The notes under the pieces were generated by a model. It was not told the origin of the DNA, made no database searches, and saw only the letters and a list, made by a program, of their open reading frames with translations. Position numbers and translations under genes: made by a program. Positions 62,418 to 64,000 of a stretch of 64,000 bases of DNA are shown here, one piece after another (positions within the stretch are counted from its first letter, which is position 1; every line of letters starts with the position of its first letter). Source of the stretch: a bacterium ADurb.Bin212 (GTDB lineage: Bacteria > Patescibacteriota > UBA1384 > XYA2-FULL-43-10); NCBI GenBank assembly GCA_002070055.1, contig MWCM01000005.1, positions 2,015-66,014 of the forward strand, given 5' to 3'.

Positions 62418-64000
62418 CTATGCGGCCTTCTTATCTTTATAGTATCTAATAAATTCAACACCAAATAGGGTGGTTATTACTACTGCAATTATTGCAACTA
62501 TCTCTTTTGTGCTTAGCAACTCTAAACCAAAAACCTCTCTAATATTTGGGATTAGAGTTACGAATTGCACCAACAAGGCCAAAATAATTCCAATGTTTAA
62601 AGATCGACTGGAAAAGAATCCTTTAAAATCTTGCCATATCCTTTTCTTGGCTTTGATTGATAGCACTAAAGCCATTTGAGACCAGCCCATGGCAAAAAAT
62701 ACTAAAGTTCTGGCATGCGCCACCGACTGATACAGCCCCCAGATATATATAGCCATGCAAAACACCAAAACAACCAAGCCTGAGATAAGCGACAGACTAA
62801 CAGAGCTCTTAATCGAATCTTTATCTTTGTCGCGGGGCAGATCGCGGACCATTCGCTTCGGCAAACCACCAAAAGCCAAAGCTAAAGAGGGAAAAGAATC
62901 TGATATCAAATTTATCCAAAGTATCTGTAAAGCGGTTAGCGGAGCTGGCAAACCGAATAGCATTGCTAAAGAGATAAGAAGAATTTCCGCAAAATTGCCG
63001 GCAATCAAAAAGGTCATGGCGTTTTTTATGTTGTCGTAGATTGCCCGACCATACGCGATGGCATTAATTATAGTAGCATAATTATCATCAACCAAAATGA
63101 TATCAGAGGCCTCCCTTGCTACATCTGTGCCCCTATTGCCCATAGCAATGCCCACAGTCGCCGCTTTTAAGGCAGGTGCGTCATTTACGCCATCCCCAGT
63201 TACGGCCACAATGTAACCACAACTTTCCATAGCTTCAACAATTTTTAATTTATCTTTAGGAGAAACACGCGCAAATATTTTGACGTGTTCTAACTTCTTT
63301 TTCAATTGTGCTTTAGTCAGGTTGCTAAAATCCTCACCGCTTACTAGATCTTGGTCAGAAACGTGCCATCCAATTCTCTCGGCTATGTATCTGGCGGTTT
63401 CGGGATGGTCACCGGTAATAATGATGGGCCTAACACCAAGCTTGATTGTCTCCTGCAACGCTTCTCCGACTCCCGGTACAGGTGCATCGGCAAAGGCCAT
63501 AATTGATAAGAAAGTCATCACTTTTAAATCAGAGGCACTGTTGCTGTTCATCTTTTTTTCAGCAACCGCAACAGTTCTAAAGCCCAAAGAGCCCAACCTC
63601 TCCGCTTCAGCCAATATGTCCTTCCTCTCCTTATAAGTAAGTTTGCAAAATCCAACAATCTTTTCTACTGCTCCCTTGGCAACGAGAATTTTTGATCTGT
63701 TGTGTAACAATATGACTGAGTTATATTTGTTGTCTGAGCTAAACGGAATTTCAGAGAGTCTGTTGAATTCGGTTCTCGAAATAAATGTCTCCTGACAATT
63801 AGAAATAAGGTAATTCGCAATAGCCACTTCCAAAGGGTCCCCAATAAATTCATTTACCTCTTCCCCGGACACGTTAGAAGCCAAAAGGCTAAGCAGCAAT
63901 GATCTTGTTGTTATCGATTCCATCTCTGAAGAGTCACTTTCAAAAAGCTGACCTTTGTGAAAATACGCAATTTTTGCCAAACTAAGTTCATTCTTGGTAA
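62418..64000 (-). CDS. P-type cation-transporting ATPase, paralog of 1521..4154 (N-terminus beyond window edge)
   Basis: TGDGVNDAPALKAATVGIAMG, DHPETARYIAERIGW, and C-terminal TM helices. The ORF runs off the right edge. Confidence 0.8.
   Translation of the reverse strand, partial: TKNELSLAKIAYFHKGQLFESDSSEMESITTRSLLLSLLASNVSGEEVNEFIGDPLEVAIANYLISNCQETFISRTEFNRLSEIPFSSDNKYNSVILLHNRSKILVAKGAVEKIVGFCKLTYKERKDILAEAERLGSLGFRTVAVAEKKMNSNSASDLKVMTFLSIMAFADAPVPGVGEALQETIKLGVRPIIITGDHPETARYIAERIGWHVSDQDLVSGEDFSNLTKAQLKKKLEHVKIFARVSPKDKLKIVEAMESCGYIVAVTGDGVNDAPALKAATVGIAMGNRGTDVAREASDIILVDDNYATIINAIAYGRAIYDNIKNAMTFLIAGNFAEILLISLAMLFGLPAPLTALQILWINLISDSFPSLALAFGGLPKRMVRDLPRDKDKDSIKSSVSLSLISGLVVLVFCMAIYIWGLYQSVAHARTLVFFAMGWSQMALVLSIKAKKRIWQDFKGFFSSRSLNIGIILALLVQFVTLIPNIREVFGLELLSTKEIVAIIAVVITTLFGVEFIRYYKDKKAA

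Overview
This window is an AT-rich bacterial chromosomal segment. By eye the G+C is roughly 35-40%; I did not compute it. Genes are densely packed, mostly on the minus strand in the first 25 kb, and read with the standard genetic code. The gene content points to a small-genome monoderm bacterium of the CPR/Patescibacteria type. That guess rests on a sortase next to a surface protein with a C-terminal anchor, a 3570-aa surface protein, widespread low-complexity in-frame insertions in housekeeping enzymes, and almost no biosynthetic genes.

The housekeeping genes I can support are two P-type ATPases, cmk, tRNA-Leu(UAG), comEA, recG, mnmA, folD, iscU and an IscS/NifS-type cysteine desulfurase. 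Also present are tatD, metG, a GNAT, rsmI, an NRAMP transporter, rsmA/ksgA and a UvrD/PcrA helicase. The right-hand part carries ychF, gpsA, rpsF-ssb-rpsR, efp, groES-groEL and pyrG.

The most striking feature is a compositional mosaic. At least seven gene-sized islands are visibly GC-rich (roughly 55-65% by eye) against the AT-rich background, and each carries one complete envelope-related gene:
- Lnt-like N-acyltransferase
- a 112-aa ORF of unknown function
- UbiA prenyltransferase
- M23 peptidase
- PlsY fused to a ~400-aa NAD(P)-binding-like extension, sitting in the canonical plsY-gpsA position
- a membrane-anchored GH25 muramidase fused to an Amidase_3 domain
- short GC-rich intergenic segments that look like structured RNAs

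Several islands are driven by AT-rich, near-consensus sigma70 promoters of the background type. That is consistent with horizontal acquisition, plausibly from a high-GC host, or with a chimeric assembly.

Three further signals stand out. Families of ~30-nt AT-rich mini-repeats and TTTTGAT-type heptamer tracts are inserted in frame into at least eight housekeeping genes, giving recurring peptide motifs such as NNELRIMNNG, ELRIKNS and NIKNQ. A putative five-gene operon encodes a TPR protein, a membrane protein, the giant BNR/LamG/Gly-rich beta-helix/FN3 protein and a MacB-like ABC exporter pair. Several candidate unannotated structured RNAs are bounded by terminators.
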